A DNA stretch of 64,000 nt from an uncultured Trueperaceae bacterium (GTDB lineage: Bacteria > Deinococcota > Deinococci > Deinococcales > Trueperaceae), in assembly GCA_963815215.1 (NCBI GenBank), contig CAWFFU010000009.1, forward strand, positions 1 to 64,000, read 5' to 3'. Position numbers and translations under genes: made by a program. Positions 1 through 9,258 of the stretch are shown one piece after another. Every line of letters starts with the position of its first letter. Position 1 is the first letter of the stretch. The notes beneath the pieces are model-generated. The model did not search any database. It had not been told where the DNA came from and was given only the letters and a program-made list of their open reading frames with translations.

Positions 1-72
1 CCGGGCAGCCGCGCCTGCCCCACGGCCGGATACTTCCTGGTCGCCCTCGCGCGCAGACGGTAGAGTGCGGGT

Positions 73-2235
73 ATGAAGTCGGGAGCGGAGATGGGGGGCG
101 GGGGCCCTTACACCGACCGGGAACCGGACGCCCCGGCTGTTGGGCGGGACGCCCCCGCCGTCGTCCGCGTCAAGCGGAACTTCTACCTGTTCCTGTTGCC
201 GCTGCTGGCGGCCGTGGTGCTGGTCACCGGGATCCTCGGCGCGCCCGGCTCCTTCGATCAGATCGTCCTGCCCGCCGTCAGCGCCGTGATGCTGCTGATG
301 CTGCTGCCGGTGTACGGTCGCTGGCTCCCTCCGCGCTACATCGAGAGGGCGGTCTTCGGTCTCTTCGCGTTGCTGTACCTGAGCAAGCTGGCGATCAGCC
401 TCTCCGAGGCCGAGAACCTCTACCAGATCTTCGTGTGGACGCCGCTGCTCTATGTGCTGGCGTTCCTGATGTTCGATCCAGGACCCGGACTCATCGCCTC
501 TGTCATCGTGCTGGCCGTCTCGTCCGGTGTGGCGGTGACCGGCGCGCTGCTGACGGCGATCCCGGCCCGCAGTCTGTTCGAGTACTACCTCGCGAACGGA
601 CTGCTCGTCTCCATGGTCTACGGGCTCTCGCGCCTGAGGCGCGACGTCGCTTCGCTACAGACCCAGCTCGTGGGCATGCGGCAGCTCGCCCACGAGGACG
701 TCCTTACCGGGTTGCCCAACCGCCGTGCGCTGGAGGCGATCCTCGACAGGGCCATCGCGCTGGCGGAGCGCCGGACCCAGGACGTGGGCGTCCTCCTGTT
801 CGACCTCGATGACTTCAAGCGCGTCAACGACGAGCACGGCCACGATGCCGGCGACCAGGTGCTGCGCGGCGTAGCGCTTCGTGGCGAGAGCGTGCTGCGG
901 CGCCCTGATGTCTTCGGCCGCTGGGGCGGGGAGGAGTTCCTGGTGATCACCCCCGGGATCGACCTGCCCGGCGCCATGCGCGTGGGCGAGCGCCTTCGCG
1001 AGGCCCTCGCCTCCCACCCCTTCGGGGATACCGGGACGGTGACGGCGAGCTTCGGCGTGACGACCTACCACCCCGGCGACACCACCGAGACGCTCCTGAA
1101 GCGCGTCGACGACGCGCTCTACCTGGCCAAGCAGAGCGGCAAGGATCGGGTCGACGCCCTGGCGCGCGAGATGGTGGAGCACGTCGTCCTGCCGGCCCTC
1201 GCCCGACCCTTCCCGCCGGTCGAGCGCGACACCGAAGCGCTGCAGCGCAACACGCTGGCGTGGTTGAAGGCCTTCGAGGTGGCGCCGCCCGAGACGCTCT
1301 ACCGCTGGGTGGCCGCGGTCCAGCCCGGCTGGCTGGCCGGCCACATGCACCACACCGATGACGCCGGCGCTCTTCAGATCGTGTCGGACTGGACCTTCTG
1401 GATGTTCCTGCACGACGACCACTGCGACACCAGCGCCGCCGGGCGCCACCCCCGCTACCTGATCGACCTGCACCAACGCCTGCTCGGCGTGCTCGCCGGC
1501 GACGACCCACAGCCGCGCGACGGCGCACTGGCGGCGTTGCTGGCCGACCTGCGCACGCGCCTGGAGGCGGCCGCCGGCGCGGACGCCGTCCGGCACTTCG
1601 CCGACGCCACCGATCGCTACTTCGCTGCAACCCGCTGGGAGGCCGCCAACCGTGCCAACGGCACCCCGCCCGACCTGGAGACGTACCAGCGCATGCGCCT
1701 GCTGACCAGCGGCCTGCAGGTGCACACCGTCCTGCTGCAAGCGCTGGAAGGCGTACCGACGTCCACCCACCCGCTGGCGAAGGCGCTCTATGCGTCGGCG
1801 GACCTCGCCGTGTGCTGGGCGAACGATATCTACTCGCTCAACAAGGAGGTCCAGGAGGCGGACATGCACAACCTGGTGATGGCCCTGCAATCGACCCACC
1901 ACATGGGCCTCGACGCCGCGTTGGGGCGGGCCGCACGCATGCACGACGAGCAGGTCGCCGATTATCAGCGCTTGCGCTCGTCGGTCGACGCCCAGGACGG
2001 ATCGGAGCGCACGCAGCTGCTGACGATCGCACGGGCGCTGGAGGCGCGCATGGGGGCCAACGTGGCCTGGTCCGAGCGCTGCAGCCGGTACCGCGCCGCG
2101 GTGACGGTGCGGGTGTCCGCCGATACGTCCACAGACCCGTCAACAGACGCATCCACAGACGCATCCAAAGACGCATCCAAAGACGCATCCGCCGACCCCA
2201 AGGCCGCCGCATCAGCCACCGAGAGCGGCGCCTGA
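73..2235 (+). CDS. Membrane diguanylate cyclase (GGEEF) fused to a C-terminal class I terpene synthase domain
   Basis: About 6 hydrophobic N-terminal segments. DVLTGLPNRR, DLDDFKRVNDEHGHDAGD, I-site RRPD and GGEEF (925-939). Then DDHCD (1414-1428), NDIYSLNKE (1822-1848) and WSERCSRY (2068-2091). No internal stop. Confidence 0.9.
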   Translation: MKSGAEMGGGGPYTDREPDAPAVGRDAPAVVRVKRNFYLFLLPLLAAVVLVTGILGAPGSFDQIVLPAVSAVMLLMLLPVYGRWLPPRYIERAVFGLFALLYLSKLAISLSEAENLYQIFVWTPLLYVLAFLMFDPGPGLIASVIVLAVSSGVAVTGALLTAIPARSLFEYYLANGLLVSMVYGLSRLRRDVASLQTQLVGMRQLAHEDVLTGLPNRRALEAILDRAIALAERRTQDVGVLLFDLDDFKRVNDEHGHDAGDQVLRGVALRGESVLRRPDVFGRWGGEEFLVITPGIDLPGAMRVGERLREALASHPFGDTGTVTASFGVTTYHPGDTTETLLKRVDDALYLAKQSGKDRVDALAREMVEHVVLPALARPFPPVERDTEALQRNTLAWLKAFEVAPPETLYRWVAAVQPGWLAGHMHHTDDAGALQIVSDWTFWMFLHDDHCDTSAAGRHPRYLIDLHQRLLGVLAGDDPQPRDGALAALLADLRTRLEAAAGADAVRHFADATDRYFAATRWEAANRANGTPPDLETYQRMRLLTSGLQVHTVLLQALEGVPTSTHPLAKALYASADLAVCWANDIYSLNKEVQEADMHNLVMALQSTHHMGLDAALGRAARMHDEQVADYQRLRSSVDAQDGSERTQLLTIARALEARMGANVAWSERCSRYRAAVTVRVSADTSTDPSTDASTDASKDASKDASADPKAAASATESGA
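2128..2190 (+). repeat. In-frame 12-nt tandem repeat (STDA/SKDA) in the C-terminal tail
   Basis: tccacagacgca / tccaaagacgca units, about 5 copies. Confidence 0.85.
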
Positions 2236-2361
2236 GCCCGCCTGCCGCCTCTGGATCCGGAAGACCGCACGCGGGCCGCCGAGTCGCACCGCCGAATCGC
2301 ACCGCCAGACCGCACCGCCAGACCCGGCTCACGGAACCCAGTCACGGAACCCAGCTCACAA

Positions 2362-2394
2362 GTGAGGGGGGCGCCCATCGGGCGCCCCCCTCAC
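2362..2394. terminator. GC-rich hairpin between convergent genes
   Basis: gtgaggggggcgccc-atc-gggcgcccccctcac, perfect 15-bp stem. Confidence 0.7.
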
Positions 2395-2436
2395 GCTCCC
2401 GCCTCCGGCGGGGAGCCGTCGTGTCGGCGGCGTACG

Positions 2437-3963
2437 CTAGTTCGTCACCTTGAACGCGTAGCGGAAGTGGAACTTGTGGGGGTGATCCTGCCAGGTGAGG
2501 ACGGCCTGCCGGTACAGGAAGGGCTGCTCGTCGACCGCGCTGTAGTCCTTGTTGCGGTAGAACGACGGGTACAGGTCGATGTAGTGCCAGCCCGGCGCCC
2601 AGCTCGCGGTGACGGGGACGACCACGTCGCCGTTGGTGCTGAAGCCGCAGCCGTACCCCAGGTAGACGTTGTCGATCACGACGGCGAAGATGTTGGTGGT
2701 CTGGGTCCAGCCCAGGCCCTTGACATGGATGGTGATCTTGGTCCCGACCGGTCCTTCGGTCGGCTGAAGCGGCAGCCCCACGACGCCGATGTCGAAGTGG
2801 GTGCTGGCGACCACCTTGTCGCCGACCATGGCCTGGAGCCGGTGCTCGCCGCCGAGGGCGTCGGGGTACTGGAACGGGAGGTCGAAGGCCCCGCTGGCGT
2901 CCGTCTTCACCGTCTTCACGGGCACGGTAGCCGCCGAGTAGGCCGACTCCGTCACGCGCGAGCCGCTCATGGTGGAGAAGGCGAGCGCCACGTCGCTGTT
3001 GGCGGGCAGGCCGCGTCCGTGGATCTGGGCGTCCGTGTAGACCCCCGCGGCCTTGGGATCGACCCAGAGCTTCGGCCCACTGCCGCTGGGCTCGGAGCCG
3101 GCGATCGGCGCCTGGCTCTGCTGCTCGATGGGCTTGGGCATCAGCGCCGGGCCGTCGGTCACCGTGAACATGAACTGCGGCTCGGGCAGGTAGCCGTAGG
3201 GCGAGGAGCCCAGAGCCAGGTAGGGCGCGTCGAAGGGCGCATCGCGAAGCTCGACGAGATGCTTGCCCACCCGTCCCGTCGCCGGGATCACGAAGTTGGC
3301 GGTGCCGTGCGTCTCGACGGCGGTGACGAAGCCGGTGATGGCGTTGTCGTAGGTGAGGGCGTACCACGAGATGTTGTTGATGGCGTCGACGCCGGTGATG
3401 CCCACGTGGATGTCGGTGCCCACGGGGCCGCTCTGCGGCGACATGGTGGCGTGCATCTCCACGTAGTAACCGGCCTTGTTGACGTTGTCGCCGTTCTCCT
3501 GGACGTAGATGTCATGGTTTCCGCCGAAGCCCTCGGGAACCGTGAAGGCGGCCGAGAACGCGCCGTCGGAGCCGACCGTGACCGTGGCGAGCGGAACGCT
3601 CCGCTGGTCGAAGGTGCGTCCCAGGAAGTTGCCGGTGTAGTCGCCGTTCTTCATCTCCAGCTTCCACTGGCCGTCGAAGGCGGCCCACACGACGCTGAGG
3701 CTGGCGCCCGGCTCGAAGCCCGAGCCACTCAGCGTCGCCTGCGATCCGACGATGCCCTTGGCGGGGGTCACCTGGATCTCGCCCTTGATCCCGTTGGGGA
3801 AGGTGGCCTGACTGGTGGCCGCGTTGCCCTGCGCCGAGGCGCCGGCGAACAGCATGCCTGCGGCCAGGAACAGCACCGTCCATACGGCGCGGGCGCCCAG
3901 GCGCGGTTCATGGATTCTCGTGTTCACGGTTTCCATCTCCATCTCGTAGATCGTGTCCCTCAT
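2437..3963 (-). CDS. Exported beta-rich protein with repeated PxxGPVGT (IPT/TIG-like) modules; start uncertain
   Basis: Signal peptide (AVWTVLFLAAGMLFAGASA); internal repeats PAKGIVGS, PQSGPVGT, PTEGPVGT. Confidence 0.7.
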   Translation of the reverse strand: MRDTIYEMEMETVNTRIHEPRLGARAVWTVLFLAAGMLFAGASAQGNAATSQATFPNGIKGEIQVTPAKGIVGSQATLSGSGFEPGASLSVVWAAFDGQWKLEMKNGDYTGNFLGRTFDQRSVPLATVTVGSDGAFSAAFTVPEGFGGNHDIYVQENGDNVNKAGYYVEMHATMSPQSGPVGTDIHVGITGVDAINNISWYALTYDNAITGFVTAVETHGTANFVIPATGRVGKHLVELRDAPFDAPYLALGSSPYGYLPEPQFMFTVTDGPALMPKPIEQQSQAPIAGSEPSGSGPKLWVDPKAAGVYTDAQIHGRGLPANSDVALAFSTMSGSRVTESAYSAATVPVKTVKTDASGAFDLPFQYPDALGGEHRLQAMVGDKVVASTHFDIGVVGLPLQPTEGPVGTKITIHVKGLGWTQTTNIFAVVIDNVYLGYGCGFSTNGDVVVPVTASWAPGWHYIDLYPSFYRNKDYSAVDEQPFLYRQAVLTWQDHPHKFHFRYAFKVTN

Positions 3964-4087
3964 ATTCGTACATCCTCATCCAGATTTAGAGCATAGGACG
4001 GGCGCCCTCGCTGCCGCTCGTTGAGCAACATGCCTTGATTCGCGGTAGGGGGCGCCCGGGAGTTACGTGCCTCGGCTCAGCGGAGGG

Positions 4088-4660
4088 CTATCCGAGCATC
4101 CAGTACCACCAGCGGTGCTTCTCGTAGCGCCGCAGCAGGGAGTCGACCCCCCAGATGTGGCCCGCGCCCATCGACGCCAGCGCGAAGAACGCGAAGATGG
4201 CGATGATCTGGACGTCGAACCAGCCGCTGGTCGGCGGCAGGCAGGCGGTGTAGAAGCTGAGCATGATCAGCGTGCCGGCCAGTGCCGCGAGGCGAGTGAG
4301 GAAGCCGCTGACCATGGCGAGGCCGATGGCCCCCGTGCCCAGGATCAGCAGCCAGAGGACGAGCTGATTTCCCCACAACGCCGTGTAGACCTGCCCGATG
4401 GGGCCCTGGACGACCCCGGGCAGCAGGGCGCTGGCGCCGGTCCAACCGTCCCAGCCCCCGCGGAAGAGCTTGTACGCCACCTGCAACATGCTCAGGCCAA
4501 GCGCCATGCGCAGCGCGAAGAGGGCGAACTCGCCGATCGAGAGCTTGGCGCTCTGGCCGAGCTGCTCCTCGGGCCGGTCGAAGCGGGAGCCGCTCCGGTC
4601 GTGAGCGGCCCGCTCCTCGGCAGCGAGGCCGGACATCCGTTGACGATCCGGAGCGGCCAT
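4088..4660 (-). CDS. DoxX / TQO DoxD-like membrane protein
   Basis: LRMALG...GLAMVSGFLTRLAA...GAGHIWGVDSLL; about 4 TM segments. Confidence 0.75.
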   Translation of the reverse strand: MAAPDRQRMSGLAAEERAAHDRSGSRFDRPEEQLGQSAKLSIGEFALFALRMALGLSMLQVAYKLFRGGWDGWTGASALLPGVVQGPIGQVYTALWGNQLVLWLLILGTGAIGLAMVSGFLTRLAALAGTLIMLSFYTACLPPTSGWFDVQIIAIFAFFALASMGAGHIWGVDSLLRRYEKHRWWYWMLG

Positions 4661-4664
4661 CTCG

Positions 4665-5162
4665 TTACCTCTTCTCGACCGTGATCAGGGTCGGGTAGCC
4701 TTCGGCGGTGGGGTAGTCCTGGTTCATGGGCGTCCAGGTCACCGTGTTGCCGGAGCTGTCCGTGACGATGAGCTGGTACTTGAGCACGCCCGTCGGATAC
4801 ACGGGCGGGATGACCCAGCCGGCCGCCCACATCCACACCTTGGGATCACCGCTGTGCGGGTGCTCACCGAGCGCGAGGTCGACGGTCTTGCCGTCTTCGA
4901 GCTTGGCCGTGACCTTCATGCCGAGCTGCTTGGCCTGGTCGGGCGTGACCACTTCGCCGGTCGCGGTGCTGTACACCTTGGCCAGCCATACGACCTGCTC
5001 ACCGGTCTTGAACGTCGAGATCAGCACGCAGCTGGGCCCGGCGGCGTTCTGGCTGCCGCGCACGACCTCGGCCTGCAGGTAGTAGGCCGGACCTGCCGCG
5101 AACGCCGTGCCGACGATCGCTGCGAACGCCAGGGCGGTGACGAGGAACTTGATCTTACGCAT
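4665..5162 (-). CDS. Exported hypothetical protein
   Basis: RBS aggagg at 5173-5178 (minus strand); signal peptide MRKIKFLVTALAFAAIVGTAFA; first gene of a 3-gene minus-strand unit. Confidence 0.75.
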   Translation of the reverse strand: MRKIKFLVTALAFAAIVGTAFAAGPAYYLQAEVVRGSQNAAGPSCVLISTFKTGEQVVWLAKVYSTATGEVVTPDQAKQLGMKVTAKLEDGKTVDLALGEHPHSGDPKVWMWAAGWVIPPVYPTGVLKYQLIVTDSSGNTVTWTPMNQDYPTAEGYPTLITVEKR

Positions 5163-5278
5163 CACTGAATCGCCTCCTAATGAACTGAACGATCCCGCTC
5201 CACGGGAATCATCCCGGTCGATCATCCTCCCTCGGGAAGTTGCGAAGACAGGGACAAACATACCGCCCGGGACGCAAG

Positions 5279-5298
5279 ACACCCCCACGGGGTATACG
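5279..5298. promoter_or_regulatory. Possible CsoR/RcnR-family operator
   Basis: acacccccacggggtatacg: C-tract/G-tract pseudo-palindrome upstream of the 5162 operon. Confidence 0.35.
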
Positions 5299-5661
5299 CT
5301 CTGCATCGGGTCTGTCGCGTTGGGAAGGGGCTTCCTGCAGACGCCTCGTGCGCCCCGGTGGAGCGGCGAGCGCACGCCGTGGTGCGGGAAGGATGGGTGT
5401 GGTTGACGGCCACGGGACGATTGACCCCCTTCAAGGATCCCGAGCGTGGAAGGACCACTTCGATGCTAGCGGACGGCGGGTCCCGCGGAGGGTAGCAAAC
5501 TGCACGAAATCGGTCAGGATTCGTTCATCGACCCCTCATCTTCGGGGGTCTCATCGCCGCATCGCTCGGCTACCTTCGGCTGCCCGCGGCCCGTCCGCGG
5601 TTGCACCGCGGCCGACCCCGCCCGACGTCCCGGCGGGACCCGGCGCCGCCCCGTAAGCGGC

Positions 5662-7911
5662 TCAGTCCGCCTCGTTCAGCGCCAGGAACGCGTCCACCAC
5701 CGCGGGGTCGAAGTGCCCGCCCGTCTCCTTCCGGATGTGGGCGATGGCCTCGTCGTGACTCCATGCCGGCCGGTAGGGACGATCGCTGGTGAGCGCGTCG
5801 TAGACGTCCGCCACCGCGAAGATGCGCGCCGCCAGCGGGATCGCTTCGCCGCTCAGCCCCATCGGATAGCCGGAGCCGTCCCAGCGCTCGTGGTGGGCGG
5901 CCGGGATGGCGAGCGCGGGCTTCAGGAAGTGGATGGGCGCCAGCAGGTCGGCGGCGAAGATGGTGTGCTGGCGCATGCGCGCCCACTCCTCGTCGGTCAG
6001 GGCGCCAGGTTTCTGGAGGATGGCGTCGGGCACCCCCATCTTGCCGATGTCGTGGAGCAGCGCGCCGCGCCGGATGTGGACGAGTTCCTCCTCGGGCCGG
6101 CCCATCGCGCGCGCCAGGCGCAAGCTCAGCTCGGTCACCCGGCGCGAGTGCCCTTCGGTCTCCTTGTCGCGCAAGTCGAGCGCGCGCGACCAGCCCTCGA
6201 TGGTGGCGTCGTAGGCGGCGCGCAGCTCCTGGTTGCTGGCCGCCAGGTCGGCGACAAGCGCCGCGTTGTCGATGAGGATGGCGCCCTGCGTCGCCACCGT
6301 GACCAGGAACTCCAGCCAGTCGGGTCCGACCTCGAGCGGGCTGCGGTGGGCCACCACCAGGCCGCCCCGCAGGCCGCCGCGCGCGTACATGGGCGCGGCT
6401 GCGAGCAACTCGAGGGGCAGCGGGGGCGCACCGGCGTCCGCGCCCAACGCCCCTTCGATCTGCGGCCGCCCCCGGGCCAGGTAGGGCGTCCCGTCCAGGA
6501 TCGCGCGACCCACGACGCTGGCGTCTGCCGACAGGCGCCGGGCCGCGGCCGGGAAGCTCGCCCCACGCGCTTCGAGGAGCTCCAGCTCGGAGCCGTCCGC
6601 CGCAGCGACGTAGGCGGCGGCCACATCGATCCCCAGGCCCTCGCGAGCGGCCTCGAGGAACGTCCCCGCCGCCGACCGCAGGTCGGTGCCGGCGGTGATC
6701 GCCGTATCGATGCGCCGCAGCGTCGTCAGCCGCTGGACCTGCGTATGCAGGTCGCGGTTGAGCACGCGGATGTTCTCCCGCGCCAGCGCCTGTTCGGTGA
6801 CGTCCCGCTTCGCCGCCACGAAGTGCTCGATCGCCCCGCGGGGACCGATGACGGGCGTGATGCTCATCGCCTCGCGATACTCGGAGCCGTCCTTGCGGCG
6901 GTTGATGAGCTCGCCGCTCCACGGCCGCCCCGCCGTCACGGTCTCCCATAGCGATCGGTAGAAGGCGGGGTCCTGCCGTCCCGAGCCCAGCATGCGGGTG
7001 TGCGAAGCCACCAGCTCGTCCTCGCCGTAGCCCGTCAGCCTCAGCGCATGCGGGTTCGCCCATTCGATGAAGCCGTCGGGGTCGGTCACCACGATCCCCA
7101 CCGGGGCGGCCTGCAGGGCGGTGAGCTGCAGCCGCAGGCGCGCCTCGCCCTCCTCCTCCCGGGTGCGATCGATGAGCGTGCCCACCAGGGTGCGCTCCCC
7201 CTCCAGCCTGACCACCTGCTCCAGCGCCTCCACCGGCACCACCGAACCGTCGCGGCGCAGGCCGCGGAACCGGAAGCGCCGGATCTCGTCCCCGGCGTCC
7301 TGCAGGTCCGCGACGTCGTCGGCCACCCAGGCGTGGTCCTCCGGGTGCACCACGTCGGCCGGCACGAGCCGCTCCACCACTTCCTCGGGCGTGAAGTCGA
7401 AGATCGCGGCGAAGGCCGCGTTGACGTAGGTGAAGCGACCCTCGCGGATGGAGTAGGTCCCGGCCAGCACGTTCTCCGCGATCTGTTCCAGGTGCCGCTC
7501 GTTGGCCCGTAACTCGTGCTCCAGCGCCCGGTGGCGCTCGAGCGCGGCCCTGAGCTGACGATCGCGGTTGCGCCAGAGCCCCACGGCGACTCCGAACGCC
7601 ACCGTGACCAGGGCGGTCGGCACGCCCGGTACCGTCAGGCTCGAGAAGGGAGCGGCATGATCGAGCACCGTCGCCGTCAGGGTCGAATGCAGTAGCAGCG
7701 CGACCAGGGCGGAGGCGACGCCGCCCACCAACCCGTAGCACCAGCCGGCCACGGCCACCGGCAGCAGCATGAGCGCCGCCGTGTCCACGGCCAGCGCCGG
7801 CTCCAGGGCGAAGAACGCCACCCCATAGACAACGAAGCCCCCGATGACGGAGGCGACCTCCCCGGCGGTCTGCCGTCCACTACGCGTCACTGACAACCCA
7901 TCCCCTGACAC
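5662..7911 (-). CDS. Membrane PAS-PAS-GAF HD-GYP phosphodiesterase
   Basis: N-terminal TMs; PAS motifs (VHPED, NRRKDGS); ETEGHSRRV, LLHDIGK, HHERWDGSGYP, AVADVYDALTSDRPYR. Confidence 0.92.
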   Translation of the reverse strand: MSGDGLSVTRSGRQTAGEVASVIGGFVVYGVAFFALEPALAVDTAALMLLPVAVAGWCYGLVGGVASALVALLLHSTLTATVLDHAAPFSSLTVPGVPTALVTVAFGVAVGLWRNRDRQLRAALERHRALEHELRANERHLEQIAENVLAGTYSIREGRFTYVNAAFAAIFDFTPEEVVERLVPADVVHPEDHAWVADDVADLQDAGDEIRRFRFRGLRRDGSVVPVEALEQVVRLEGERTLVGTLIDRTREEEGEARLRLQLTALQAAPVGIVVTDPDGFIEWANPHALRLTGYGEDELVASHTRMLGSGRQDPAFYRSLWETVTAGRPWSGELINRRKDGSEYREAMSITPVIGPRGAIEHFVAAKRDVTEQALARENIRVLNRDLHTQVQRLTTLRRIDTAITAGTDLRSAAGTFLEAAREGLGIDVAAAYVAAADGSELELLEARGASFPAAARRLSADASVVGRAILDGTPYLARGRPQIEGALGADAGAPPLPLELLAAAPMYARGGLRGGLVVAHRSPLEVGPDWLEFLVTVATQGAILIDNAALVADLAASNQELRAAYDATIEGWSRALDLRDKETEGHSRRVTELSLRLARAMGRPEEELVHIRRGALLHDIGKMGVPDAILQKPGALTDEEWARMRQHTIFAADLLAPIHFLKPALAIPAAHHERWDGSGYPMGLSGEAIPLAARIFAVADVYDALTSDRPYRPAWSHDEAIAHIRKETGGHFDPAVVDAFLALNEAD

Positions 7912-8052
7912 GCCACCTTGCGATCAGCCTCGCCGACCGGGAAGCACGCAACTCTTACGCCCCCACGCAATGCGTGCTCGCCCGCGCACGTCGGCCTGCC
8001 GACAACCTGGCTGGGCGCCGCATCTATAGAGTAAGCCGAGACGGAGGCTAGC

Positions 8053-9132
8053 ATGCGCTATCGACCCCTCGGCAGGACCGGAACGCTGGTCTCGGAGCTG
8101 TGCCTCGGCACCATGACCTTCGGCGGCCAAGGCATCTGGGAGGCCATCGGCAGCCAGCAGCAGACGGAGGCGACCGCCCTGGTGCGGCGCGCGCTCGAAG
8201 GCGGCGTGAACTTCCTCGACACCGCCAACGTCTATTCCATGGGCGCCAGCGAACGGCTGCTGGGCCAGGCCCTCAAGGACCTGGGGGTGGACCGCAGCCA
8301 GGTGGTGCTGGCCAGCAAGGTGCGCGGGCGCATGGCGCCCGGCGTCAACCAGTCGGGGCTGAGCCGCGCTCACATCGTCGACCAGGTGCACCGCAGCCTG
8401 GAGCGGCTCCAGACCGACCACCTGGACCTCTACCAGATCCACGGTTTCGACCCGCTCACGCCGCTGAAGACCACCCTTCGCGCCCTCAACGACCTGGTGC
8501 GCGAGGGTACGGTGCGCGCCATCGGCGCCAGCAACCTGGCAGCCTGGCAACTCGCACGTGCGTTGTGGATCAGCGACGTGGAGGGGCTCGAGCGCTTCGA
8601 GAGCCTTCAGGCCTACTACACCGTGGCGGGGCGGGGCCTGGAGCGGGAGGTGGCGCCCCTGTTGATCGACCAGGGCCTGGGCCTGATGGTGTGGAGCCCG
8701 CTGGCCGGCGGCCTGCTGTCGGGCAAGTTCGACCGTGCCACCGCCAAGGCCGGCGGCGCCCGGCGCGACAGCTTCGACTTCCCGCCCGTCGACCGTGAGC
8801 GGGCGTGGGACGTCGTGGACGTCATGCGCGACATCGGCGGGGCGCACGGCGTCAGCGTGGCGCAGATCGCACTCGCCTGGTTGCTCCATCAAGATGTCGT
8901 CACCAGCGTCATCATCGGCGCCAGGTCGATGGCCCAGCTCGAGGACAACCTCGCCAGTCCGGACATCGCGCTGTCGGCCGACGAGCTGGCCCGCCTCGAC
9001 GCGGCGAGTGCGCTGCCGCCCGAGTACCCGGGCTGGATGGTCGCGCGGCAAGCGGGCGACCGCGACCTCGCACACCTGTCCGAGAGCGCGCCGCCGGTGC
9101 TGGGGGGCGAGCAAGCGAAGACGTCGTCCTGA
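8053..9132 (+). CDS. Aldo/keto reductase
   Basis: LCLGTMTFG, DTANVYS, DLYQIH, WSPLAGGLL; RBS ggagg. Confidence 0.95.
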   Translation: MRYRPLGRTGTLVSELCLGTMTFGGQGIWEAIGSQQQTEATALVRRALEGGVNFLDTANVYSMGASERLLGQALKDLGVDRSQVVLASKVRGRMAPGVNQSGLSRAHIVDQVHRSLERLQTDHLDLYQIHGFDPLTPLKTTLRALNDLVREGTVRAIGASNLAAWQLARALWISDVEGLERFESLQAYYTVAGRGLEREVAPLLIDQGLGLMVWSPLAGGLLSGKFDRATAKAGGARRDSFDFPPVDRERAWDVVDVMRDIGGAHGVSVAQIALAWLLHQDVVTSVIIGARSMAQLEDNLASPDIALSADELARLDAASALPPEYPGWMVARQAGDRDLAHLSESAPPVLGGEQAKTSS

Positions 9133-9258
9133 GGCCGCGCCCGGACCGCAGCGGCCGCACGGCGGTGCGCGGGTTCGGGCACGAGGCGAGGGGGCACACG
9201 AGGAACAGGCGCGCGAGGAACAGGCGCGAGAAGATCGCGTGTCCGGCCGGCGCGGCGG

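Noticed and set aside
2275..2360. Short repeats (cgcaccgcc, tcacggaaccca) as a possible CRISPR array
   Set aside because: Units are 9-14 nt, adjacent, with no unique spacers and no cas genes.
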